This document shows positions 21,882 to 34,553 of a DNA stretch of 64,000 nt, piece by piece (the first letter of the stretch is position 1; every line of letters starts with the position of its first letter). The translations under genes and the position numbers were made by a program. The notes under the pieces are model-generated. The model saw nothing but the letters and a program-made list of their open reading frames with translations, did not search any database and had not been told where the DNA came from. The stretch comes from Macrostomum hystrix (Eukaryota; Animalia; Platyhelminthes), in NCBI GenBank assembly GCA_950097015.1, contig CATNEN010000001.1, positions 24,800,001 to 24,864,000 of the forward strand. Reading direction: 5' to 3'.

Positions 21882-24295
21882 ATGGGATTAATCACAATCA
21901 ATTTTCATTTAAATCATACGTTCAAAATACTCTGCAGGACTTCTCGCAAAGAAATCAACAGCGGTGCACCGAAAGACGATAAATTCTTGGACGAGCTTTT
22001 GAGCAAAGAACTCCACTCTCTGCTCCTTAGTGCTGGCTTCACAGCACACAGAGTCAGTTGTCAGCAGGAGCTGGCGGACCTGGTGCAGGGTCTGGCTCAG
22101 GAGCTCTGCAAGCCCGAGAACTGGCAGATGACGGGCAGCTATTCAGAGGGCTGGGCCAACAGTCTGGTGCAGGTGAACGGCAGGACAGCGGCCGACTCTG
22201 ACATTGACTGGACTGTCATGGTCACTCGAGGCGTATTTCACCTGCAGGGTGGCTGCAGTGCACAGCAGGACTGCCATGGTGCCAGCATATTGCCGGTGAA
22301 GCAGGGTCACGCGCAGGTGCTCGTAGGAACAGGTTAGTAGATGGAATTCTGAATAATTGACAAAAATTTGCATCGTCTTTTCGTTCTCAGACACCATACA
22401 GCTCTGAACTGAATAAATTAGTTAACGCTTACTGTACTCTGCATTCTTACGGTACGAAATAAAATAACTGCAGGAGGGCTGCGGGCAATGGCACATTTTT
22501 AAGTGACACAAGATCCGCAGCCAGCGAGGAGGCCATTACTGATTCCTGAGTACACACGCACACAGGTGTGTACACCTGCCCTGACTTTCTCATCGACTGG
22601 CAGTGTACACTCTCACTGGGCCTTCCTTGTAGGTTGGCACTGAAGAGCGTAAACTGCACGTCAAGCCCCCCAAGCCTTCTCTCCGCGGCAGTGCCCCAAA
22701 CGAATGTGGCGTCGCCACAAAATCGATCTCAGGGACCTTGGTGGGTTGGTGCGAGAGGAAAACGAGTTAGACCGCTCTGCCACTCCCCCCACATTTGTAC
22801 GTAGCGTCTAACAAAGACAGCTTACAAAGGTGTTTTTCAATCCTTTTATTCTGCACTTTCAGGTGGCCAGCCGGCTGTTCGCTCGCCGGCAAACGGTGTC
22901 AGACCTAGCATGGACACGTGCCACGCCTACCCGTGCTGCAGCGGCTTCACCAATGGCGGTGTTCAGCTGCTCAACTCGCTAGAGAATCAGCGAGTCCACT
23001 TAGTGAGCGCCACTCGGCCTAATGTGGACAATGAGCTCAGGGTGAGCTTCAGCTTCCAGGAGAAGGCCATTCTTAGGGATCTGAACACTGTCCAGGGTCA
23101 ATTGTTCACCGTAATTAAGTTTATCTTTAAGAGACTTCTGCCAGTTATGTTGAATACACCAGGCCTTAAAAGCTACCATGCCAAGACTTTGTTCTTCTTC
23201 ATGCTTGAGAAGCACGGGAAATCAAATGAGGCAGCTTGGAGGCCTAAGAATCTCATCAGCCTGCTGAAGGAGTCGCTGGACTTAATGCTGAACTTCCTCA
23301 ACTCGAACCGCTTACCAGATGAGTGCATGCCGCATTTCTTTATGTCGGACGCGCCGCTTTACTTCAAGAACGCGGGCATGGGAGGCGAGTTCGGCAACAC
23401 CAAGGCGAATGTTCAAATGCAGCTAAGCGAGCTGAGAGCCGACATCGAAACTATAGTTGATGCCATTTCTAAGCACTTGCAGCCTCTGCAGTCTGAGAAC
23501 TTCTATTGTCACCCGTTCACTCTGCTGCCACTAAAGCCACCGCCGGCTTTCACATCACGAATCAGAGAGAGAAGCTACGGCTTGCATCCACATTTACTGG
23601 ACGGACTCAGCACCGTCTACAAGTGCCTTAGTGATCTTCAATCAGCGGTATGCGACCAGGACGCCATGATGAGGCGAGTAAATCTCCTCCAGCAGCTGAA
23701 GTGGTGCAGGTGCGCCGCCCTGTGCTTGACTGCCATGGCGCATTTGAAGTTCGGTGAGAAAGCGCAAGCAGAGAGTGTCGCAGTGGATCTGCTGAGCTGC
23801 AATCCTTCAGCTGGGTGGCAGATGGACAAGTACTGGAAGAGGGGCAGAGTCACTGATATGAGCTGGCGCTGCCCAATGGACTCAGACTGGGCCTGGAGGT
23901 TCTGCTTCCCTGGCAACGCGCGGCTCAGCTTTCGATTCCTGCCTGAGTTCACCCAGGCGCTGTTCACAGCCAGACTGTCGCAGCCTCGCTGCTGCCATCA
24001 ATACGTAAACTTCCGCTGCCTAAGCTGGAGTCTCCAAGCTGAGCTGCTCAAGAATCGCCATCAAGCCGGAATCGCAGCGGATTTTGATGGATGGCACTCG
24101 GAGCTTCTAGTGGACCCGGACTTGGAGGAGCTGCTCACGCTGGCGCATTACAGCGACCAGAGCAAGCACCTGGAGTTCTGTCTTACCCAGATAAACATAC
24201 TCAAGAAGGAGGCGCGCGTTACCATGGAGTCGCATGATGTAGAGAAGATACACTGGGTTAAGCAAAAGCTACATCATTTGCAGAATACTGAATAA
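21882..24295 (+). CDS. cGAS-like receptor / Mab-21 family nucleotidyltransferase (at least 2 exons; true start uncertain)
   Basis: Exons ~21882-22332 and 22863-24295 join in frame. NTase motif TGSYSEG...DSDIDW, candidate third Asp in SMDTCHAYPC, and Mab-21 motifs LRVSFSFQEKAIL, LKSYHAKTLFF, CMPHFF. Confidence 0.85.
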
Positions 24296-25033
24296 CTACG
24301 CAGAGTTCATTTTTCATAATGACATTACACGCCAGTATGTACTTTAACCATTTAAACAAATGTATCACTTTGTTAATAAACGGTACGATGCTAAGAAACC
24401 ATTTTTAACAATCAGGTGGCACGTTCATGTTTATACCTTCAAGTCGTCTGTCTGTGTTAGACACATTTTTATTTTCGAATTGCAACATATCAACCGCGAC
24501 TTACTACTGCCATCGACGAAGCGAACATAAACACAGCGAAATAGACTGGAGCAAGCTGCAAAGGGAAGTGCAGATTACACAAAGGAATTGTTAAAGGAAA
24601 TTTTAGACGAGATTTTAGAAAAATACACGCGAGAGTAAAAAATTAGAAAAACTAAAACGAGTTATTACACAGCAAATGACACAGAACGGCCAGCAGTCAC
24701 TGCAGCCAACTATTATAATAACGCACAGGTGACCAGTTTTGCCCATAGACAACAGACAAGTGTGCGAGCTTTTAGATGCAACTAAAAACACACAAAGTGA
24801 AGAACGGGATATAAATTGCGACAATCATGTGTTGCTAGTCAACAGGTCACTACGGGGAATTCAGAGAAACATATAACGACCGAACACCTGGCATAATCCC
24901 ACCAAGCAGTTAAAACGTTATAAATTATAAATTTTAACAATGCACCCACTATAACAAATGCAACAGTCCCGACGTAACTAAAGAGACAATTTGAATATTT
25001 GTTATAATAGTATGTTTAGTCAAACTAGCAATC

Positions 25034-27067
25034 CTAGCGACCCTCGATGTAGGAGGAGATCTCGATTTCCTCCGGCAGCTCGGTGATGTTCACCTCGAAG
25101 CGGTTCTGCACATCGTTCAGGATCTTCACGTCGGCCTCGTCCGAGACGAAGGTGATGGCCAGACCCTTGGTGCCGAAGCGACCGGCGCGAGCCACCTGAC
25201 AGAAAAGAGGGTGGAGAGTGATTTAGAGCGAGACAGCCACTACTGACTACTGACAACATAGCTGCAAAAGTAGGCTAGGCTACTAAAGGACACAATGGAA
25301 GTAACAACAAATTATTCATTTGATGAATCCCTTCAGGAAATCACAAACCAGTCACTCTGACAGCCAGTGACCCTAAACCAGTCACTCTGACAGCTAGCAA
25401 TTCCAAAACCAGTCACTCTGACAGCCAGCAACCCCAAACCAGTCACTCTGACAGCCAGCAACCCCAAACCAGTCACTCTGACAGCCAGCAACCCCAAACC
25501 AGTCACTCTGACAGCCAGCAACCCAAACCAGTCACTCTGACAGCCAGCAACCCCAAACCAGTCACTCTGACAGCCAGCAACCCCAAACCAGTCACTCTGA
25601 CAGCTAGCAACCCCAAACCAGTCACTCTGACAGCCAGCAATTCCAAAACCAGTCAAGCTCAGAAATCAGAATATTTAGAACAGCTCAGAGCTATCCTGAA
25701 GTTACTTTAGAGCTCAGTAAGCCAATATAGAGCAGAACAAGGCCAATAAAACAAGCCCACAAACACTTACTCGGTGCAGGTAGGTGTCCGAGTTCTCTGG
25801 CATGTCGTAGTTAAACACAATGTTTACACGCTCAATGTCCATGCCTCGACCAAATAGGTTAGTGGCCACCATGATTCGCTTCTCAAAGTTCTTGAAGCTC
25901 TGGTAGCGCTCCAGTCGCTCCTCCTGAGTCATGCCGCGGTGGATGGCAATGGCAGGAAAGTTCTGCTCAACCAGAAGCTGAGACAGAGCCATGCAGCGTT
26001 GCACAGACTTTACGAAGATGATCACCTGTGGGAATGGGAAGCCGAAGCCAGTGTCAACAACTGCTGCTCTCGAACACTCAGGTAGCTCAGCTCAGCTCTG
26101 CTCAGCAAATTTTCAGTGTGTGTTCTGCTCTGCTCAGCGTGTGTTGTTCGCCTCGCTTCGCTGCACGTCACTGCACTGCACCGCACTGATCTCCTCTGCT
26201 CACCTGGTTGAACTCGAGAACGTCAATGAGCTCAAACAGCTTGCGGTTCTTCTCGTTCTCCTTCACCTTCAGGTAGTGCTGCTTCAGGCCGTGCAAAGTC
26301 AGCTTGCTCTCGTCGTCAATGTAAATCTCCAGCGGATCCTGCATAAACTTCTTGCAGATAGGACGCACCTCCTTGCTGAGGGTGGCGCTGAACATCATCA
26401 CCTGCTTCTGGTGGGGCGTCATCTTGAAGATCTCCTGCACATCCTTGCGCATATCTAGCTGGTCCAGCATCTTGTCACACTCGTCCAGCACAAAGTGCTT
26501 CACGGACTTCAGGCTCAGAGCCTTGTTGCGCACCAGATCCAGCACCCTGCCAGGAGTGCCTACCACAATGTGCGGCATCGTCTTCTTTAGCGCGTCAATG
26601 TCCTTCTTCACCGGCACTCCGCCAAAGTACACGCTGATGTTCACTCCCGGCATGTACTTGGAGAACCTCTCGTACTCCTTGGAGATCTGGAAGGCCAGCT
26701 CTCGGGTGTGGCACAGTACCAGAACCCTGGGCTCGGCCTCGTCAATGCTCTCCAACTGCTGCAGGGTGGCCAGCACAAACACAGCAGTCTTGCCCATGCC
26801 TGACTTGGCCTGGCACAGCACGTCCATGCTGAGGATCGCCTGCGGAATGCATTCGTGCTGCACCTCGCTGGGGTGCTCGAAGCCGCAGTCCACAATGGCT
26901 CGCAGCAGCTCTGGCTTCAGCAGAAAGTCGCGGAAACCCGAGCTGTGGATCGTCACATAGGAGCCCTTGTGACCGGCCTTCTTGCTGTCTGTTGGCTTTA
27001 CCACATTGCCTCCGGTTTCCGTCTCCTGCTCATCATCGTCATAGTCCAACAGCTCTGCGTCAGTCAT
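25034..27067 (-). CDS. DDX39B: DEAD-box (DECD) RNA helicase UAP56/DDX39, copy A
   Basis: Exons 27067-26204, 26025-25771, 25195-25034 (426 aa). [15 protein letters not shown] and [13 protein letters not shown] motifs. Confidence 0.96.
25347..25655. repeat. 30-bp minisatellite in DDX39 copy A intron 2
   Basis: About 10 units, the reverse complement of gtgactggtttggggttgctggctgtcaga. Confidence 0.9.
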
Positions 27068-29648
27068 GGCGAATCTTTTTCAAGCTGCAATGAGAAATTG
27101 GTACATTGTACAGCATTGTAAAGCTGCAGATTGTACATAGATTTGAGATCTGATTGAACATTGAGACACAATAATAGCATTTAAATATTATACTTAACAA
27201 AGTTTTTAACTCTTTACTAATGAGTTCTAATCATTGTAGGCCTAATTGTTTTCTAGCTTAAATTAATTGTTGCAGCATTTCAGAGTTCTAGGTAGGCAAT
27301 AGGAGTCCATTACCGACTGACCTACTATGTCCAAGATCAATAAGTAGCAATATTTGTTTAAAGTATTATTGAATTCTTCATGTGGAAACTTTAATTTAAA
27401 AAATAAACATAAATGCTCAATAAATGTATCAAATCAAATGTTTGTTAAAACAAAAGGTAGCATTATTGGTTCAATTGCAGAAGTAGCAGAATACATGCTT
27501 GTTGTTTGTACTATTGCTTATTTATTACTTATTGATTGCTGAGTATTCATCCTACTAGTACAAACTACTAAAAAAATTAAAATAAAAAATTACCAAAATG
27601 AATTGGATATTGGTCTTTCAAAAAAGACCCATTATTAAGTTAGCTATTTAAGGCCTACAAGACTATGAAATAGGACTTACAAGGAAGTATTGTCAATAGT
27701 TTGTCAATGAACATTACTGATGCAATTGCATTTCAACAAATATTTAGGATTCCCTACAATTTTTCAAAGGCTGTAGATTACAAGAATTAAAAAAATGCAA
27801 AGTGAAAATGAAGAAAAGCTAAAGTCGCAAAAAATTGTTGGTGCACAGACTGAAGTAGAAGAGATAAAGAAGAAGAGTAGAAGAGAGGAAGAAGTAGGCC
27901 AAGAAGAAATAGTAGGCCTAAGTACTAGGCCTAGTAAAATTATAAGAAGATAAAGCTGGTGCACCAGAAAGCAGAGTGTTAATTAAATAAAATTCAATGC
28001 TGTTTTTTATGTTGCATATTTTCTCATTTAACAATTCTCAATATTTGGGTAAGTTTTTTTAGGGAATACATCCAGTCCAGCCAGTCGCGCGATATACACT
28101 TCTTTAAACCGAAAAATGCAAAATAATTGATTTTGAAATTGAGTTTTAAAATGTCCAAAGGGTGTTCTAAGAAACATGTTGCATAACAAACTATACACAT
28201 TTACTTGGTTTCAAGCAATTAAAAATTTTTGAAGTCTTTTTTGTTATTATATTTTAGGTATAATGCAAATAGCTGAACAGGATCCTTACTACAATTTTTT
28301 TATGTTTTAAACTGAAGACATTTTTCTGAACTCGGCACAAAAGCAATAGGAAAAAGTTAAAATATTTCACATTCCAACCCCACTGCCGAGATAGTCAGTG
28401 CGACTTTATAAATAGATTACAACACTGCCTTTCTCGCTCGTGTGTGTTTGGTTTGAATAGGTAAAATGTGCATAACAGACTTCAATTCAACAATATATTG
28501 CTCAATACGAGCGAGAAATCTACCTTGTTCAGTCTAAAACATGAATAAATCATCATCAAAGCTTGTCTCAATTTCAATCAAGAAAAGTTTCCAACAGTTT
28601 TTTAATGTGTTCAACACTTTTTTAAAAGTGTCCAACAGTTTTCTAAACGTGTCCAACAATTACTAATACCACTTTTATAAATGCATCTAAAGGTTTTAAA
28701 TAGTTAAAGTTTATTAACAAGTCTGGAGTCTAACAGTTTTAAAAAGAGTCGAACAGTTTTCTAAGGAATTCTAACAGTTGTCTAAATGTTTCTAACAGTA
28801 AAGGGCATTGGTTGCCTACTGGGGGGATTTAGTTTATTCTAAAATATGATATTTTTCTTTTCTATAGGAGCCATCAATTGCCTAGGCCTACTAATGGGGT
28901 GTCATTAAATAGCTGCTAAAGGAGTGTCATTAGGCCTAAATAGCTGCTAAAGGTGTGTCAGGTCTTCACACAGGTCTTCAGCCATAAAAACTTTCTCAAG
29001 TATCATAGTTACCCTATATAGAGGAAGTTAGCCATCAAATAATTTCACATAGAAAGAAAATTTCAAGAATTAAGAACCGGTTCTTAGAAATAATGTTAAT
29101 GATAAAAGGATGTGAATTCATAAAATCATGATCACGTCTTATGTTATTATTCTGTTATTATAATATAAATTTGGTAAAACATGTCTTCAGCCATAAAAAG
29201 TAAGGAATTGTAAAATAATTTTAATCTCTGTTCTCATAAAAACATAACATACATGTGGAACACCTTGCCAAATCAGCTGGGGGAAATGAGCCCAAAGCCA
29301 AGTAAGTTGCTAAAATCAACTTAAGGCAAAAAAATCAAATGGGGACCAAGGGACAAAAAGTGGAAAGAAGAAAACACATAAAAGGATAAGAAAAAAGAAA
29401 AAGAAAAAAGTCAAGGATGTGAAAAATATGCATAAATAAACGCATTTTAAGTTGTTTCTAAAGGAAAGAAACTAAGTTGCAGTTAGGGGAAAACTAAGTT
29501 TGAGCAAATGAGCAAAAATTGCCTATTTTATCAATATGCTATTATTGTGTCTCAATGTTCAATCAGATCTCAAATCTATGTACAATCTGCAGCTTTACAA
29601 TGCTGTACAATGTACCAATTTCTCATTGCAGCTTGAAAAAGATTCGCC

Positions 29649-32600
29649 ATGACTGACGCAGAGCTGTTGGACTATGACGATGATGAGCAGGAGACGGAAA
29701 CCGGAGGCAATGTGGTAAAGCCAACAGACAGCAAGAAGGCCGGTCACAAGGGCTCCTATGTGACGATCCACAGCTCGGGTTTCCGCGACTTTCTGCTGAA
29801 GCCAGAGCTGCTGCGAGCCATTGTGGACTGCGGCTTCGAGCACCCCAGCGAGGTGCAGCACGAATGCATTCCGCAGGCGATCCTCAGCATGGACGTGCTG
29901 TGCCAGGCCAAGTCAGGCATGGGCAAGACTGCTGTGTTTGTGCTGGCCACCCTGCAGCAGTTGGAGAGCATTGACGAGGCCGAGCCCAGGGTTCTGGTAC
30001 TGTGCCACACCCGAGAGCTGGCCTTCCAGATCTCCAAGGAGTACGAGAGGTTCTCCAAGTACATGCCGGGAGTGAACATCAGCGTGTACTTTGGCGGAGT
30101 GCCGGTGAAGAAGGACATTGACGCGCTAAAGAAGACGATGCCGCACATTGTGGTAGGCACTCCTGGCAGGGTGCTGGATCTGGTGCGCAACAAGGCTCTG
30201 AGCCTGAAGTCCGTGAAGCACTTTGTGCTGGACGAGTGTGACAAGATGCTGGACCAGCTAGATATGCGCAAGGATGTGCAGGAGATCTTCAAGATGACGC
30301 CCCACCAGAAGCAGGTGATGATGTTCAGCGCCACCCTCAGCAAGGAGGTGCGTCCTATCTGCAAGAAGTTTATGCAGGATCCGCTGGAGATTTACATTGA
30401 CGACGAGAGCAAGCTGACTTTGCACGGCCTGAAGCAGCACTACCTGAAGGTGAAGGAGAACGAGAAGAACCGCAAGCTGTTTGAGCTCATTGACGTTCTC
30501 GAGTTCAACCAGGTGAGCAGAGGAGATCAGTGCGGTGCAGTGCAGTGACGTGCAGCGAAGCGAGGCGAACAACACACGCTGAGCAGAGCAGAACACACAC
30601 TGAAAATTTGCTGAGCAGAGCTGAGCTGAGCTACCTGAGTGTTCGAGAGCAGCAGTTGTTGACACTGGCTTCGGCTTCCCATTCCCACAGGTGATCATCT
30701 TCGTAAAGTCTGTGCAACGCTGCATGGCTCTGTCTCAGCTTCTGGTTGAGCAGAACTTTCCTGCCATTGCCATCCACCGCGGCATGACTCAGGAGGAGCG
30801 ACTGGAGCGCTACCAGAGCTTCAAGAACTTTGAGAAGCGAATCATGGTGGCCACTAACCTATTTGGTCGAGGCATGGACATTGAGCGTGTAAACATTGTG
30901 TTTAACTACGACATGCCAGAGAACTCGGACACCTACCTGCACCGAGTAAGTGTTTGTGGGCTTGTTTTATTGGCCTTGTTCTGCTCTATATTGGCTTACT
31001 GAGCTCTAAAGTAACTTCAGGATAGCTCTGAGCTGTTCTAAATATTCTGATTTCTGAGCTTGACTGGTTTTGGAATTGCTGGCTGTCAGAGTGACTGGTT
31101 TGGGGTTGCTAGCTGTCAGAGTGACTGGTTTGGGGTTGCTGGCTGTCAGAGTGACTGGTTTGGGGTTGCTGGCTGCCAGAGTGACTGGTTTGGGGTTGCT
31201 GGCTGTCAGAGTGACTGGTTTGGGGTTGCTGGCTGTCAGAGTGACTGGTTTGGGGTTGCTGGCTGTCAGAGTGACTGGTTTGGGGTTGCTGGCTGTCAGA
31301 GTGACTGGTTTGGGGTTGCTGGCTGTCAGAGTGACTGGTTTTGGAATTGCTGGCTGTCAGAGTGACTGGTTTTGGAATTGTTAGCTGTCAGAGTGACTGG
31401 TTTGGGGTTGCTGGCTGTCAGAGTGACTGGTTTGGGGTTGCTGGCTGTCAGAGTGACTGGTTTGGGGTTGCTGGCTGTCAGAGTGACTGGTTTTGGAATT
31501 GCTGGCTGTCAGAGTGACTGGTTTTGGAATTGCTGGCTGTCAGAGTGACTGGTTTTGGAATTGCTGGCTGTCACGGTGACTGGTTTGGGATTGCTAGCTG
31601 TCAGAGTGACTGGTTTAGGGTCACTGGCTGTCAGAGTGACTGGTTTGGGGTTGCTGGCTGTCAGAGTGACTGGTTTGGGGTTGCTGGCTGTCAGAGTGAC
31701 TGGTTTGGGGTTGCTGGCTGTCAGAGTGACTTGTTTTGGAATTGCTGGCTGTCAGAGTGACTGGTTTTGGAATTGCTGGCTGTCAGAGTGACTGGTTTGG
31801 GTTGCTGGCTGTCAGAGTGACTGGTTTGGGTTGCTGGCTGTCAGAGTGACTGGTTTGGAGTTGCTGGCTGTCAGATTGACTGGTTTGGGTTGCTGGCTGT
31901 CAGAGTGACTGGTTTGGGGTTGCTGGCTGTCAGAGTGACTGGTTTGGGGTTGCTGGCTGTCAGAGTGACTGGTTTGGAGTTGCTGGCTGTCAGAGTGACT
32001 GGTTTGGGGTTGCTGGCTGCCAGAGTGACTGGTTTGGGTTGCTGGCTGTCAGAGTGACTGGTTTGGAGTTGCTGGCTGTCAGAGTGACTGGTGTGTGATT
32101 TCCTGAAGGGATTCATCAAATGAATAATTTGTCGTTACTCTATTGTGTCCATTAGCAGCCTACTTTTGCAGCTATGTTGTCAGTAGTCAGCAGTGGCTGT
32201 CAGAGTGACTGGTGTGTGATTTCCTGAAGGGATTCATCAAATGAATAATTTGTCGTTACTCTATTGTGTCCTTTAGCAGCCTACTTTTGCAGCTATGTTG
32301 CCAGTAGTCAGAGTGACTGGTGTGTGATTTCCTGAAGGGATTCATCAAATGAATAATTTGTCGTTACTCTATTGTGTCCTTTAGCAGCCTACTTTTGCAG
32401 CTATGTTGTCAGTAGTCAGCAGTGGCTGTCAGAGTGACTGGTGTGTGATTTCCTGAAGGGATTCATCAAATGAATAATTTGTCAATACTCTATTGTGTCC
32501 TTTAGCAGCCTACTTTTGCAGCTATGTTGTCAGTAGTCAGTAGTGGCTGTCTCGCTCTAAATCACTCTCCACCCTCTTTTCTGTCAGGTGGCTCGCGCCG

Positions 32601-32749
32601 GTCGCTTCGGCACCAAGGGTCTGGCCATCACCTTCGTCTCGGACGAGGCCGACGTGAAGATCCTGAACGATGTGCAGAACCGCTTCGAGGTGAACATCAC
32701 CGAGCTGCCGGAGGAAATCGAGATCTCTTCCTACATCGAGGGTCGCTAG
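29649..32749 (+). CDS. DDX39B: DEAD-box (DECD) RNA helicase UAP56/DDX39, copy B
   Basis: Exons 29649-30512, 30691-30945, 32588-32749. The protein is the same as copy A. Confidence 0.96.
31061..32550. repeat. 30-bp minisatellite (~34 units, 31061-32093) followed by four copies of a ~110-120-bp unit, DDX39 copy B intron 2
   Basis: Directly visible tandem arrays. Copy A has about 10 units and a single copy of the long unit. Confidence 0.92.
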
Positions 32750-33271
32750 ACTGACCGTTCGCATCAACTGCAAAGTCTAGTTGCAGAGGCGTGCCTAACT
32801 GTTCTCGTCTATCTATCTATGTGTTTGTAGCACTGTTGTCATGCCCCCTTGTCCCTGTCCATTCTCATTTAGTGGGTCGCATTTTGTCTATCAATAAGAA
32901 AGTTTTTTCGTTAACAAGCGCGTGTTCCCCGGTAAATATTTACAAGCATTGCTTATTATTCATTACGGATAACTTAGTGCTGACAATTTTCTACTAGTGC
33001 CCAATCGCTTCGTGTTTCTGTCTAGTTGGCTTTGTTTCCTTGCGCTAAATTATCTGCCCATTGTTGGTAATTCAATAACCGACCGAGCGAAACAGTGGAA
33101 ACCGTCGTTTACTTAATACTATCGAAAATTCGTATACGTTAGAAACGATTGCTACAAAAATATAATTGCAGCTACTGTTCTCGACAGTCCTCCTTTAATA
33201 ATGGCTGATTCGCAGTGAAAAATTGCAATTTTGCTTGTTCTCTTGAATCTTCTGCTTCAGCTTTCTCTCAT

Positions 33272-33618
33272 GCCTTGCGCTGCTTCCGCTTCAGAGTTCC
33301 TTCAGGCCTAGAGCTGCTTCCGCTTCAGAGTTCCTTCAGGCCTTGCGCTGCTTCCGCTTCAGAGTTCCTTCAGGCCTTGAGCTGCTTCCGCTTCAGAGTT
33401 CCTTCAGGCCTTGCGCTGCTTCCGCTTCAGAGTTCCTTCAGGCCTTGCGCTGCTTCCGCTTCAGAGTTCCTTCAGGCCTTGAGCTGCATCCGCTTCAGAG
33501 TTCCTTCAGGCCTTGCGCTGCTTCCGCTTCAGAGTTCCTTCAGGCCTTGCGCTGCTTCCGCTTCAGAGTTCCTTCAGGCCTTGCGCTGCTTCCGCTTCAG
33601 TGCTCCTTCAGGCCTTGT
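33272..33618. repeat. 34-bp minisatellite (gccttgcgctgcttccgcttcagagttccttcag)n
   Basis: About 10 tandem units. Confidence 0.92.
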
Positions 33619-34553
33619 GCCCCTTATTTATTGAGAATTCTGGCTTGGCCCTTCACCTAATATGATAGTTATGTGGCGCAGCTATTTTCAATGCTTTGAA
33701 GTGGCAGATAAAAATAAAGCAGATTTTAATTATCATTGTTGAACTTTCGCCCCTAGTTTTCACTCTTGAATTTTGTTAATGATCATCACTCTGAATTCTG
33801 CTTACCCCAGGACAAAATCAAACACCCTAGTCTTTGTAGCACACAGACGGAATAAGGTTTGGAGCCACAATGCTGTAAGCTTCTATTTATAGAAACTGAC
33901 GTCAGATTAACAAGGGGCAGATAAACAATAGTAACTGACGTCACTCGCTTGGCACATACGTAGGAGTGTTAATCCGAGGACAGGAAGAATCGCAGCTAAA
34001 AAAATAACATGAATTATAAGTGCAAGTAAGCAGGCGCTCTGTCCTGTAAGATCAGGTCCACACAGGTAAAAAGCAGACAATGGAAACACGTCACGTGCTC
34101 AAGCGCATACAAGGCACTCTCCACCACACGGGGGTGAGTGTGCACTGTGCAGCCTGCGCGGACCCAAGTGTGGGAACAAAGACCTTGACCTACCAAAAGA
34201 TAATCGAACAAGAGCGAACATTTGAATATACTCGTATACGAGCGTATATGCGTGTACGAGCGTATTTGAAGCGTGCTTGACAAAACTTCTGTATTGTGTG
34301 GCAGCAACTGGACTAATTATTTTATTCTTTCATTCCAATTGGGATAAAACATGACATTTTCCAGTTCCATGCTTATCTATATACAAAAAGCAAACACTAC
34401 TTCTCAGTAGCACCTTCCGCTGTTACTATTTCGTTCTGTTTTCTTCTGCTCCGCAGATGACAGAATTTAACAACTGGCAAAAGGTATAAATAGACAATGC
34501 AGCAAGTGTTTAGACTCACACAGGACTCCAAGCCAAGCCTATAGTCCCTAACA

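Noticed and set aside
30513-32587. C/D box snoRNAs in DDX39 introns (vertebrate DDX39B hosts some)
   Set aside because: No RUGAUGA...CUGA pair with a terminal stem or rRNA antisense element was found.
34225-34270. Recurrent tacgag(c/g)tat quasi-palindromes (also ~15161, 15330, 15585, 46836, 55158, 56130)
   Set aside because: Short motif with no consistent position relative to genes. It cannot be distinguished from chance without a motif-enrichment test.
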